Source: Lama guanicoe (lineage: Eukaryota). From it: a stretch of DNA of 64,000 nucleotides. Positions within the stretch are counted from its first letter, which is position 1. Each line of letters opens with the position of its first letter. This document shows positions 12,425 to 25,450 of this stretch, one piece after another. The DNA is taken from positions 803,379-867,378 of the forward strand of contig MU053754.1 of the NCBI GenBank assembly GCA_013239625.1, in the 5' to 3' direction. The position numbers and the translations under genes are program-made. A model generated the notes under the pieces. It made no database searches. It saw only the letters and a program-made list of their open reading frames with translations, and was not told the origin of the DNA.

Positions 12425-15400
12425 TGCTTTATACTCGAAATTCAAGGCGTTGGCGCCAAAAATGAAGGTTGAGTAAAACGGTCAGAATTGTGTCCAGTAT
12501 TCAAGAAGGAAAAGCAGGGCTCTATCTGTTATTTTGTTCATTTCTTAATCAAAAGTCAAGAGGCCGATTCTGGGGGGCTGCAATCCTGGTAGCATGGCCG
12601 TTACTGTCTGCTGTGGCGCCAAAGATGAGAGCACACTCGTGTTTTCTTCTGGAACCAAAGCAACAGAAATTTTTATTTCAAGAAAGAAGAGAGACTTCAA
12701 TAAAATGTGAAGAAAATTTTGAGCCAAAAGACAATATGATTTTGTGTCCTTTTACAGGAGAGTAATTTTTCCTTTTATTTTTATAGTAGGTACTTCAAAA
12801 CTAATTCATCAGTTGGTCCAAAAATGACATTTAATTACTATTTTCTAGGCTACACGTTTGGGCCCAATACAACTTCAAGGAAGGGAGAAATACTCTATTT
12901 CCACTTGGAATTCAGGGAATCTCTCTCTGGCTGAGGTTCAGACTTCCTGTTTTTGCTCGAGGACGGTTGAAATCGGGCAGTTCAGTCAGGTTCAAATTAT
13001 GTTAGAATAGCATTTGCACTCTAGTTGCAGCTTAAGGCTTTGAATTCCCACCCACTCTTTCTTGGCTTGAACCGCCTTCCTCATCAGTCTAAAAAGATTT
13101 AAATCTTTTAAACAAGACTAAGATGAAAGAAAGGGTGGGCTGAAAGAGAAAACCTTAGGAACTCTCCTGATGAAGTGAGATTTTTCCTAAGATGTTCAGA
13201 TGTCCGCCTCCAAGCCCTTCCAGTTTGAGATTCCACTGAGTACAGTGCTCAGTGACCATGATGACTCAGTAAAGGTTGTAGATTAAAAAGAAAAAAACAT
13301 GATGGAAGCTGTTCATTCAAATCTTACTGGATTTCTAGCCAGTTTAAATATTAGACAGCAAGTCCAGATACAGACACGTGAGGTTTTGTGGTGTTGGAAA
13401 CTATTTGATGCTCTAATATCTCCTGGTTCATAGCCACTTTGCTCTGTGATACTGAAATGTGTCAGTTTTGGGGGCTGTTTGGGCTTTAATATGTACACAT
13501 GCCAATAATTTTTAAAGTAGTTTAGAATGTAATTCTTAGTGAACTTCATAGCAAGTTAGCATAACTCTACATTTAGAGAGAACCAGTGGACTCCAAAAAA
13601 TGGCGTGTTAATGTAACTGATCTGTCACTTCACAAATAGGTCATTTCAATATGATCCTCTGAGATATCTCCATGTACAAGTTGTGTGCATATATAACTAT
13701 AAAATAAATTAAATATAAAATGTGGGTTTTATTGAAAATATACTGATTGGAAAATAGTTGTATTTATTCTGATTAGTTGCGAACATTTACACGATTTACT
13801 TAAAAAACTCTTTGTAGGGATTGCTTTTGTTTGCACAATACCAAAAATGATTGTCTGGATGTTTTGTGATTAGCTTTTTACATAAAACAAGGTAGGGGTT
13901 TGGGCAGAGGGTACACTACTACACTGTTTGAGTAGGACTTCAGTTTTATGATACATTAAGAGGGAACGTTTGGTGGATCATTGGTCAGTTCGGTATGTGT
14001 GTATTTTCAATAGTTTTGATTCAGAACAGCATGACCTCAGCATGTTTCCATCTTTTGGAAGGGTGATGAAGCAGTGCAGGTGGGGCTTGGGGACCACAGC
14101 TGAGATGCAAACATCAGCCTAGGCAAGAGCGTCTGAAAGCATCATGCTTTTACTCAGTTCGCTGTTTTTCCAGATCCTGGTGGCCAGATTGCATCTGACC
14201 TTTTTAAAAGCAGAGTGTGAAAGAAGCCTATAGTTTGCATGTTTTGTCCTTTGATGCAAACAGCATTATTATTTTAGAAGAGAGGTTAGATCAGCAGCTC
14301 TTGAAGAAACGAGAGAGAAGGGTCATGAGGAAGGCGCAGCCTGGAAAACACACGACACGTGTCCTGCACCTTAAAGGGATTCTTGTGTTTGCCTTATGAT
14401 TCTGTTTCTAGGAGTCTGGCCCTATTCCACAGTAAAAGATGTGCCACTTTAAAGGTTTAAGTGCAGAGCTCTCCCCTACATAAAAATATGCAATTGAAAA
14501 AAGTCAAGCAAAATATCAACTTAAGTAAATTATGAAAATAACTGTGCGGTTCTGTGGATTTTAAAGTCCTGGAGAAATGAAACATTGCAATGACTTGCCC
14601 ACATTTACCCTTGGACACAGTCTGTGCTGATGTTCAGAGAACATCTTTCCAGAGTTCTTGGTGTGTGGATACCAGGTATGCTGGACAGCAAGAGAGAAAT
14701 ATTTTTTAAGGATCGTGCTTTTTAAGTATAGTTATTAAATGCATTTTTTAAAAGTTTAACTATAGACAAGGGAGCTGGAGTGATGCTTTTAAAAGAACTG
14801 CTGAACTACAGGTATTTGAAGCTAAAACGTCTAGGGACACAGTGGGAGAGGAAACCTTACAGGTGAGGCGGGGCCAACAGCATGGGTGAATGTATCTCAG
14901 ACTCATTTGAAATCGTCTGAAATCTGGTATTTGATAATGCCCACCATAGCTTACAAAACGCAGTTATGTTCTTGAATTAAAATAGAAACTTTGTGTCTTT
15001 CTCTCCACACCTCTTCCGTTTCCGATAGTCTACCCTCAGTGTCCCGTCTCAGCTTGGCGTGTCCGCCCCTCCCCATGAGAAGTTGTCTGGGACAGAGGAG
15101 AAGTCAGGCCATTCTCAGGCCCTGTCGCTCCGCTGGAGAAACCAGACCAGAGCTAACTTTCCCAGTTAGAACGAGAGAAAAGCAGACTGCATGATTGGCT
15201 GTCCATCAGGTGAAGGGAAGAAAGTCCAAAAATGAACCAGTCTCACGGCTCTCCCCAGAGGACTGTTCATGGTATTAGAACAGACAAGAACACTCACTCA
15301 CGTGTGATTCATGTAATCCTGCAATCAGATCAGTAACTAAGAATCAATTCTGCTGATTGACCTCTGTTCATTCATCTTCACTGATGAGTTCAATATCCAT

Positions 15401-15997
15401 TCATGGCTAACAATTTAGCATAAAAATATTTGGTGAATAAAATGCTTCTTTACCAAGAAAGTTGTATCCTACAATGAGAATTTCAGAAACATTTCTTTTC
15501 TATTTTAAAATTATTTAGAATAAAAATGTTTTTAAAAAAAGATAAAGTGAGGATCTTACTGGAAGAGTAACTTTCATGAAAAGTTTTGCAAACAAATGGG
15601 GTATAAATAGGGAAGTTGGAAGCTAGCACAGGTGATTCTCCTTCCATTTATACATAATGAAGCCAAAGAAGAAAAAGCTGAGTGGATGTATTTGCTTTGA
15701 AATAAACTTTGCAACTTTATGACAACAGAAAATTGCCCTCCCAAGCAATCTTCCAGAAATGATGCTTGAAACATACCTTGTGCAGCTGAGTGCTCCAGTA
15801 TCCATGTTCATTCTCAGCTCTGTCACTGCCGACACGGGCCTCAGCAGAGGGGTGATGTGAATAACGTCACACTTCCTGCCTTAGCTTCCCTGTGACGGTT
15901 TGTGAAAGAGACTTCAGTGAAGGCTTAGGAATATGAAGAGCTAAACTGAGTGACAGAAGAGTAATTAACCTTCCCCACGATGAGATGCTAAGTATTA

Positions 15998-16207
15998 CAG
16001 GAATCCTGAAGACTGCCAGGCTTTTCTTCCAATTAGGGGGAGAGCGACAGAGTGAGAGAATGTGAATGTCCAAAGGAAAAGGAAAAAAACCGTTTTCCAT
16101 GGCATCATCTCTTGACATATTCCAGCCCTAACCATGCGCAGGAATCCTGAAGACTACCAGGCTTTTCTTCCAATTAGGGGGAGAGCGACAGAGTGAGAGA
16201 ATGTGAA
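15998..16207. repeat. 69-bp direct repeat (15998-16066 and 16139-16207) with 72-bp spacer
   Basis: The copies are identical except gactGcc/gactAcc. The repeat also shows as the repeated peptide 'HILSLCRSPPNWKKSL' in the ORF track. Confidence 0.95.
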
Positions 16208-19174
16208 AATGAAAAAGGTAGGAACTCTGGTTTGAAACAGGAAAAAAAATTGATTGCTGGAAGTTTGTAGAAATAAATTCCATTTTGTCTTTTTCATTTT
16301 TTTCTAAGCTTGATTTCATGCAGTCAGTGAACAGGAGCTGCTTTCGTAGCAGGAAGAAACCTTCAGTACAGTTTACTAATTCTCAGAAAGTGCAGCGGAC
16401 ATTCAACAAAAATGCAATATCGTGACTTGTTCCCTCAGGAATTATGACCCCACTCAAATAACAGAAGAGAGAAATGCCCTAAGAGTGCAGTCTGAGGAAG
16501 TGTTCCTTCCTTCCTTCAACAAGTAAAAATAACCTTGTCTTACGTTTGCATTTTTAGAGGACCGTAGCACGTGACGTTAGAGTTTCAGGCTCAGGTCCAA
16601 GCCAAGTGACTTACTGTCGTTAGCAGAAAGTAGAATGATTAAAAATAAAAGGAGTGCTCTTTCATTGGCTCATTTATCTGTGGTTGGATCGCCACTCATC
16701 CATGAGGCCGTGCAGTAGATGCGAGTTCACTCAGACAAGGGAGGGATGTTTCGACCAGTGCTGGAGCAGGAGGTGTTAATTTTCCTAGAAGCAGAGCTTT
16801 AGTCATGGCAGTGGACTCGCCATCAATGTCAGCGTGTTGATCAGCATCAGCAAGGCAGGCACCCCACTACCAGGCCTGGGGATTTGGGCTGGAGCTTGTG
16901 AGATGCCAACTTGACTACTGAAAATACGAAGTTATAGAATAATTGAGAAGATCCAAGATACTAAAAAAAAAGTACTGATGGAATAAGCCACCAAAAGCTT
17001 TACTGAAAGGCGAATTTTGTCTTTCTCTGCTTTACTGAGGCATTCAGAACGTGGGCCCTGGTGACGCCTGGGGCCGGATAAACCTGCTGTGCTGGGGCTG
17101 CCCAGTCCAGTAGAGGATGGTAAGCAGCATCCTCAGCCGCTACTCCCGAGATGCCAGGAGCATTTTCATTGCCCCGTTTTGGCAACAGAAACTTTCTCTG
17201 GGTATTGCCACATGCACCCAAGGTGAGGAAGGAGCAAACTCTTCCTTCGTCGAGAAAAGAACCACAGCTTTTGAGGCGCATAAAGGAGCAGGGGTGTGTT
17301 TTATAGGAGAAATTATCCCCAGAGACATCGTGTGTTCAGATATCATAATTTTACCTCATCACCATAGCCTTAAGGTAACTTCTGACCGAAAGGTTTTTCT
17401 TTTTCGTCATCAGTTAGATAAGTGATTACAGCCTCTGTCATGTTAACAACAAAGTTAAGTGTCAGATGAGGTGTGCAGGCAGGTTTCCTCGCAGAGAAGG
17501 CTCTGCTGGTGGGTGAGGGAAGCATCCACTATGGGCAGAGGGAAGCTGGCATCTGAAAGTGCGTCGCTGAGGGAGCTGGCTGGCTTTCTGTGTCTCATGG
17601 GGCATACGCTGCATTGTGTGGGATGATTTTGTATTAGCAAAGGGAAACCCCCACTCTGAGAGAGCACTGAAGTGAAATCCCTCTTTTGGAAAATACTTCA
17701 TTTGTTAATGATGTATTAAATCACTGCTTGCTTTGGCAAGACTCACCAAGCAGCTCGGAAGCTGACGGGTGTTGCAAAGCTCAGTGAAGTTTTCAGCAGG
17801 CGGCTCTGGTGAACATTCAGTGACCATCAGGGACCATCAGTGATTTCGGAAGGAAATGTACAGGAGGAGGTCCCTTCTGTTTGAAATGCTGGAGTCAAAA
17901 TCCAAAAAGTTCAATACACCATGGGTAAAACGTGGTTTTAACAATGTTGTTAAGCCCATGGCTTAATGTCGTTGTGTGACCCATTTTGCCGTGCAGTTTA
18001 CAGCTGACTTCGTGGGTGTGCAGCTGTCCTGGCTTGTTGGCTGAGAATTTGCTTTTCCTTCTGATGGAGTGATCTGTAAAGGGGTACCTGTCCCATGGTC
18101 ACAGGAGACCTTCTGAAACTTATGTGAAACTGGCTAAGACAGGATGGTTCTTGCACTGAGGCCCGGGGCTTGGTGGATGCACAATAAAGTGGAAGTACAT
18201 ATGCAAGGGAGCAGCAACCAGTCAAGGGTTCCTCTTGTAGATGAGGCCAGTGAGACTCACGGAGGTGAGAGGACACCCCCAGCGTACTTCAGTGAGGTCG
18301 AAACATCCTTATGTCACTCTTCTTAAGTCACTTTTGTATCAAAATTGCTTAGACCAGTTCATAGTTCTGGGCAGGAGAATGTGTTGCCAGAACTTCAGAT
18401 TGCTTCCTCAATCTATTTTCAAACCAGAAATAAAATAATTAGCAGCAAGTCCATTGTTCAGGGCACTGAATTTTAATCAGATGACTGTGCATAACTGTAC
18501 ATACTTCAAATGTCCTTTTCAGCCTTTACTCTCAGTCCCACACTCGATGCCCTTGGCCATTCTCTCATTGTCTGTGGACACCGTTCTTTAGATAAACTTA
18601 GAGCCTCTTAGGATTGTGAAATCATGTTAATTCATGTAATGTAAAGAAAGTTGCTTGAAACTGTGCTGTGACCCATGCCAAAGAAGACATGGGAAATACA
18701 TTTCTTTCTCAAATTCCTGGTGACAGTTCAACGTCTTAGCTCCTGCCGGTGAGTACAGGCCATACCTAGTCACAGGCGAGGAAAGATGAAAAGACTTTGC
18801 AGAATGTGAAGTAGAGGTTGAAGGTCTTATGAAGGCACCTTGCCCCCTCCATCTCAGCCGTGCAGGTTGTATTACTAGAGATTTGAGGACCAGGAGGGAG
18901 GAGGGGAGGTAGTTATGGAAACTATAACCTGGGACAGGAAGTTAAGATGGCAGGTGTGTTTGCTGTTGGACATGGGCCAGCCCTTCGGGGAAGGGCTGTG
19001 TCCCTCCTGCCAGGGATGAATAGGCAGGAAGTGTTTAATCTGCTCCTCATGAGAACCAGCTTCAGGGAGATACATGCTGGAGTCTGTGGGCCACCCTTCT
19101 AGGGGGACCACATGGGTGGGATTTGTGTGGTTTGTCTACTGAGGTTCCCTCCTGGCTGGTCTGTGTCTCGCTGG

Positions 19175-19625
19175 CTGTTCACTCGTGGCACAGATACTGA
19201 CTGAGAGCCTGGGATGGGCATGGCCCTGTTCACCATGCTCCCCGGCAAGTCCGGGGTTCTAGATACTTCATTGTGGGGGCAGGAACGGACAAATGAAGAT
19301 GTGGTGTATCTGGTAGTGAGGAGAGCTGTAGAAATAGAAGCAGCTGGTTAGAGGGTCCTGAAGGTTAGGGGAGTGGGGGCTGAGCAATGTGAAGTTTTCC
19401 AGGAAGTAGACAAGTCAGGATGGTGGCGAGAACAAGGTGGGGTGTGGAGGGCCAGACTGGGCCGGGCTGGGGGCCCCTCTGTTCCCACTGAACTAGCTAG
19501 AAGTCACTGGGAGGATCTGAGCAGAGAGGGGATAAGATCTGACTTACATTTTAATGGGTTTACTCTTTCCTCAGGGCAGGGGGGTAGACTGCGTGAGGTG
19601 AGGATGGAACAGTCCAGGTGAAACG
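19175..19625 (-). mobile_element. LINE-2 fragment
   Basis: Purine-rich L2 antisense motifs 'gaagtcactgggagga...gagcagagagg...gatctgacttacattttaa' and 'agtccaggtga'. Confidence 0.6.
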
Positions 19626-19823
19626 TACAGATGGCCCCGACCCACCTCGCCAGGAAACCCTTCCCAGGCCGTAGGAATTGCTGTTAAATCCAGAAAAATG
19701 AAATCCACGCAGATGAAGTGGAAAGCAGGCACTCAAGCGTCTTTGAGCATACCGCGAACACGAGACACAAAAGCCCACTGTTCCTGGGGGTGTATGTTTT
19801 GGCTGGATCTCCTCTTGCACAAA

Positions 19824-19843
19824 ACACACACACACACACACAC
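19824..19843. repeat. (AC)10 microsatellite
   Basis: Direct reading. Confidence 0.9.
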
Positions 19844-21022
19844 GTGCACGCAGACACTTGCTAGCTGAAACATAACCTGTGTTCCTTTATACTATATAGT
19901 TTAAATATAAACTCTCCAAAAGTTTAAATGTCAGCCGTGGAATTCAGTGTGTCTACAAGGGTCTTGCATTCCACCGTTTGAACCCATTTAACTCTTTACT
20001 AACTATTATAATTCTTGAGTGCCTTTTCATCCTTCCACAATACATGTAATGTCTCTCTTTTTACTGGTAGGTCTTGGAGACAAAGGTGTGCTGGCTGACG
20101 ATTTATGATAAGTGACAGCTTCGAGTGGACACCACCTCTAACTAGAGCCACTTTTGGGGCGGAACCGTGCTTGGAAGAGCGAAAGGTGAGTGACGTGGGT
20201 CTAGAAATACTGTCCCGATCGCACGTGAGGGAGGCTGCTCTCCCAGTCTGTTGTCACCCCCCAGGTCCTCTGTCCTAGCTGACAGTCTCCTCTTCCCACA
20301 CATAATCGAACCGTGGATGACTGCCATGGTGCTGGGTTTTGATTCTGGCCAGAGTGGTTTAGCTTCACAGCTTTCAATTGGGAAATGGACAGTAAAGCCT
20401 GTTTTTGGCAAAAGAGTTCAAGGGAGGTTAAAAAGAATTGTCACCTGTTAACTAAAAAGAACATGAGGGTCAGTCTGCTCATGAATGAGGGGAAAGGCAT
20501 GGCCTTTACAGCCTGGCATCTGAGACCGGATTTGGAGGCCATGTGCCCAGTGTGAGACAGTCAACCTCTTGGAAGATGGGTTGTTCTGTGTCTGAGGCAG
20601 GTAACACGAGGACCCGTGTCACAGGCCTTTTGAGGTGTACGTGATCGATGCCCAGCATTTAGCATGGCTTATGTACACGTCCTGTGTACCCCCTTCAACA
20701 GACACCACGCGCTGTTTTCCCGAGGCAGTGCCAGCCTTTTTAGCTGAAGACCCATTTTGTGAGTTCTTCAGACAAGCCTCCAAAGCAGAGAAGGTTGTGT
20801 AGACGCTCACACGTTGGTGTTACTAGGTAACCGCAAGCATATCTCCACTTCAAAGTCAGTCAGTCCGTTAACCGTGATTGGAAAACAGAAGTTTTTGTAA
20901 GAGAAAATGAGTTAACTATGCCATATGAATACCAACGTGGTCTTGTCTGTCACTGCAGATACACTACAGTGGAGGGTTCTTGTTCAAAGAATGCTGCCAA
21001 TCGTGGTTAGCACGCGGGGCAG

Positions 21023-21192
21023 CGGCTCCGACCCCTCACTGCACACCAGACCCACGTAGAGGCTCTGCTGACCAGGAGAGCTGGGCCCCACCCTGAATTC
21101 CTGATTCCGTAGGTCAGTCTCCATCAGGCACAGTAATTTCCATTTGTGGAAGGTCCCCAGGTGATACAGGTGCTGCATTTTGAGAATCACTA
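21023..21192. mobile_element. MER5A-like hAT DNA transposon
   Basis: 'gctgggccccacc...ttcctgattccgtaggtc', 'tccccaggtgat', and terminus 'tttgagaatcact'. Confidence 0.6.
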
Positions 21193-22779
21193 ATCCAGAG
21201 AGTCGTTTTTACTCCTGTGAGCGAGCGCAATGTCAGTATTTGTTGTTCAAAACTACATTCAATCAAATACGAAAAGAAAAAAAGAAAGAAAGAAAGGTTG
21301 TGGCTATTTAAACTGTACTCCTGCGTTCATTCTGTTGTCTGCATTTCCTAACATGCGCAAGGAAAGAAATTGAAAGGTCGCTTGACACCCAGCGAGTCCA
21401 CCCTGTCCCGCCAGGGGCATCAGTCGTGAAGGGAACACAGACTTTGACACCAGTAGCCCTCAAGGCCCCAGGACGCGGGATCTCTGAATTGTGACCCTTC
21501 CTTCTCGTGCAGAAGTAGAGGAAGTGTCTGTTTGGAAGGCTGTGGTTTTTTCCCTCTCTGCAAACATATTAGAAATAATGAGGTAACCAGGCCCGGTTCC
21601 TTTCAAGGTGATTTATCTGCCTCAGTAAATGAGAGGGAAAAACCCATTGTCTGTTGAAGTATTTGATGTTCCTTATTGAAGAGATAGCTTTAAAATTCCT
21701 CGAGGCATTAGCCGAACCAGGGGAGCTTTAGACACCTCTGCTGTCTGGTGAGAGGCCCTCATCACTAGATGACCTTCCTCATGAGGGCGTTGACTGTGGC
21801 CGAGTCCTCCGCTGACAGAGACAGACGCGTTACCTAATTTGCTAACAACAATTTAGGAATTGGAACATAACCGAGGATGCAGTTAAACTGAGCCCGGGGG
21901 CGACTTGATCTTGTGTTCTTTATTTTCAGTTTCGCACACAGCCTGGGGCCGCATGAGAACAAATTATTAGGGAATCATCCTAATTTAAACTTCCTAGTGA
22001 AGTTTAAATCTGGGTTCGATTTTCCGTCAGTGTTCTAGCAAATGCTGCTGCTTTAAGCTCTTGTAATTCTACTTGGTGAGACGGCTGTCATTGGACGTCT
22101 GTACTGAGAACTTGGGTCTGAAGCGTGTTTGGGAGAGCAGGGCTGCAGGTCTCTTAAGGCTGTGGCATTTCAGCTGTGTGTGTGAGAGGAAAACCTGTTC
22201 CTCCTGGGGACCGTGGCTTGCACACCTGGTTGTACTGATGCTGGGATCGGGGTCGGGGGTAGGAGGGTGCGTGTCCGTGTTGACTGACTTCAGAGGTGCC
22301 TGTGGGCATTAGGGCAAGTTGAATGGCAGGTCCCAGGCTGGTAAAATTAGGGGCAATTGCTAAAACCCTCTCAGGCCGTTTTAATCCTATTAGAAAAGTG
22401 CTCTTTGTCTCTTCCCTCACAGAACCGTAGGAAAGATACACTACTTTTTTAGATGTTTTCATGTGGTAACTACGTTTTTCTCCTGGAATTCCACCCAGTT
22501 TGAAGTCTCAGTGCCTCCATGAGTGATTTTCCCCTCAACTCACATGCATCAGTCTCTTTTTTGCTGTCGATCTCTCCCCCTCCCCTTTTGTCCTGACCAC
22601 AACCATTAGTCTTGGATTAAATATTTAAACATTACCTTAAATTCTTTTCATGCTTGCCCTTGACACAATTATACATGTCTGGGGGAAAACGTCTCTAGTG
22701 CAGTTTAAAAGAAAAATCTCCTAAAATGATTAACACAGAAGGAAAAGTCATAATATATTATGGATTAAAAAGAAACCTG

Positions 22780-23200
22780 AAAACATTGTAGCACACATGT
22801 TGTAAGAAAGTTCAAAATGGTAAAAAGATGGAAACTGAAAAGTCAAGATGCTTCCCTCTCCGTGTCTCTCTCCTGCCTGTCCCCTGAAATGTGGACTGTT
22901 GTTGAGAGTATTTTTACTTCAGATGTTTTGCTCACCCTCCTTCCTTGTCTTTAGCGATTCCTTCTGTTTTATAGCTGGAAAATCACACCATTTTATGGTT
23001 ACGTCCTCATGTATTTAACCATGACATTTCTGTTGTTTCCAGTGTTCAGCTCTTAGAACCAGCATAGCAATGGGAATCCCAGAATAGTCTTGGATGGGAA
23101 ATGCTGTAAAATAAGTAAGAAATGGAATACTGTATTCCAAGAGTTTAACAAATTCTGATTACTGATTGTTATTTGTTTTTTTCCCCACAAAACACCTAAT
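22780..23200 (-). mobile_element. Very old L1 (L1ME-like) 3' fragment
   Basis: Degenerate motifs 'gaaagttcaaaa...aaaagatg...tgaaaagt', 'tatttaacca', 'gttgtttccagt'. Confidence 0.35.
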
Positions 23201-23240
23201 AGTTGAAACAATTATAATCTTTTGATTGAAAAATGCTCTT

Positions 23241-25372
23241 TCCATCTCCTCTGACTGCCTTCATTTAGAATGACGATCTCCAGGTCCATCCGTGTTGCAG
23301 CAAATGGCATTATTTTATTCTTCTTTATTGCTGAGTAGTATTCCATTGTATAAATATACCACAACTTATTTATCCAGTCATCTGTCAGTGCACACTTAGG
23401 TTGCTTCCATGTCTTAGCTATTGTAAATAGTGCTGCTATGAACATTGGGGTGCATGTATCTTTCTGAATTAGAGTTTTCTCCGGATATATACCTAGCAGT
23501 AGGATTGCTGGGTCATATGGTAAGTCTATTCCTAGTCTTCTGAGGAATCTCCATACTGTTTTCCACAGTGGCTGCACCAAACTGCATTCCCACCAGCAGT
23601 GTAGGAGGGTTCCCTTTTCTCCACAGCCTCTCCAGCATTTGTCATTTATGTATTTTTGAAAGATGGCCATTCTGACTGGTGTGAGGTGATACCTCAGTGT
23701 AGTTTGGATTTGCATTTCTCTAGTAATTAGTGATGTTTAGTGTCTTTTCATGTGCCTGTTGACCTTGATATGTCTTCTTTGGAGAAATGTCTGTTTAGGT
23801 CTTCTGACCATTTGAGGAGGGGGGGTTGTTCGTTTTTTTGCTATTGAGTTGTATGAGCTGTTTGTATATTTTGAAAATTAAGCCCTTGTTGGTTGCATTG
23901 TTTGCACATGTTTTCTCCCAGACCATAGGTTGTCTTTTCATTTTGTTTTTGGTTTCCTTTGCTGTGTAAAAGCTTATAAATTTCATCAGGTGCCATTTGT
24001 TTATTTTTGCTTTCATTTCTGTCGCCTTGGGAGACTGACCTAAGAAAACACTGGTACAATTTATGTCCAAAAATGTTTTCCCTATGTTCTCCTCTAGGAG
24101 CTTTATGGTGTCCTGTCTTATATTTAAATCTTTAAGCCATATGCAGTTTATTTGTATTGTGTGAGGAAGTGTTCTGACTTCATTGATTTACATGCGGCTG
24201 TCCAGCTTTCCCAACACCACTGCTGAAGAGACTGTCTTTTCTCCATCGTATATTCTTGCCTCCTTTGTATAAGATTAATTGACCAGAGGTCTGCAGGTTT
24301 ATTTCTGGACTCCCTGTTCTGTTCCATTGATCCATATGTCTGTTTTGGTGCCAGTACCACATTGCTTTGATTACTGTAACTCTGTAGAATTGTCTGAAGT
24401 CTGGGAGGTTATGTCTCCAGCTTTGTTGTTCTTCCTCAGGATTACTTTAGCAATTCTGGGTCTTTTATGGTTTCACATAAATTTTGGGATTATTTGTTCT
24501 AGTTCTGTGTTAATGTGATGGGGATAATTGAGGGTGATCACATTAAATTTGTAGATTTATTTGGGTAGTATGGCCATTTTAATAATATGCTTCCATTCCA
24601 TGAACATGAGATATCTTTCCATTTCTTAGAGTCATCTTCAGTTTCCTTTATCACTGTTTTATAGTTCTCAGCATATATGTCTTTCACCTCCTTGGTTAGA
24701 TTTATTCCTAGTATTTTATTATTTTTTTGATGTGATTTTAAAAGAGATTGTTTTTTAACTTTCATTTTCTAATATTTCACTGTCATTGTAAAGAAATGCA
24801 ACAGATTTCTGCTTGTTAATCTTGTATCCTGCTACCTTGCTGAATTGGTTTATCATTTCTAGGAATTTTTGTGTGGAATCTTTAGAATTTTCTATATATA
24901 GTATCATGCCATCTGTATATAATGACAATTATACCTCTTATCTTCCAATTTGGATCTCTTCTACTTTATTTTCCTCTTTTCTGATTTCTGTGGCTAGGGC
25001 TTCTAATACTATGTTGAATAGAAGTGGTGACAGAGCATCCTTGTCTTGTTTCTGAATTTACCAGGAAGCCTTTCAGCTCTTCACCATTGAGTATTATGTT
25101 GGCTGTGGCTTTGTCATACATAGCTTTTATTATGTTGAGACATATTCCCTCTGTACCCATTTTGGTGAGAATTTTGATCATGAATGGATGTTACATTTTA
25201 TCAAAGGCTTTCTCTGCATCTGTTGAAATAACTGTGTGGTTTTTGACTTTTTTTGTTGTTGATGTAGAATATCACATTGATTGATTTGCATATGTTGAAC
25301 CATCCTTGTGACCCTGGGATGAATCTCACTTGATTATGGTGTATGATCTTTTTTATGTATTGTTGGATTGAC

Positions 25373-25450
<78 letters not shown>

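Noticed and set aside
13234..13254. 21-bp near-palindrome cactgagtacagtgctcagtg
   Set aside because: Short and imperfect, so plausible by chance in 64 kb.
15998..16207. Repeat-spacer-repeat layout reminiscent of CRISPR
   Set aside because: This is mammalian DNA with only two copies, the wrong lengths and no cas genes.
17040..17119. Exon-like interval with ATG|GTAAGC donor
   Set aside because: The acceptor is the rare GAG type and all three frames contain stops.
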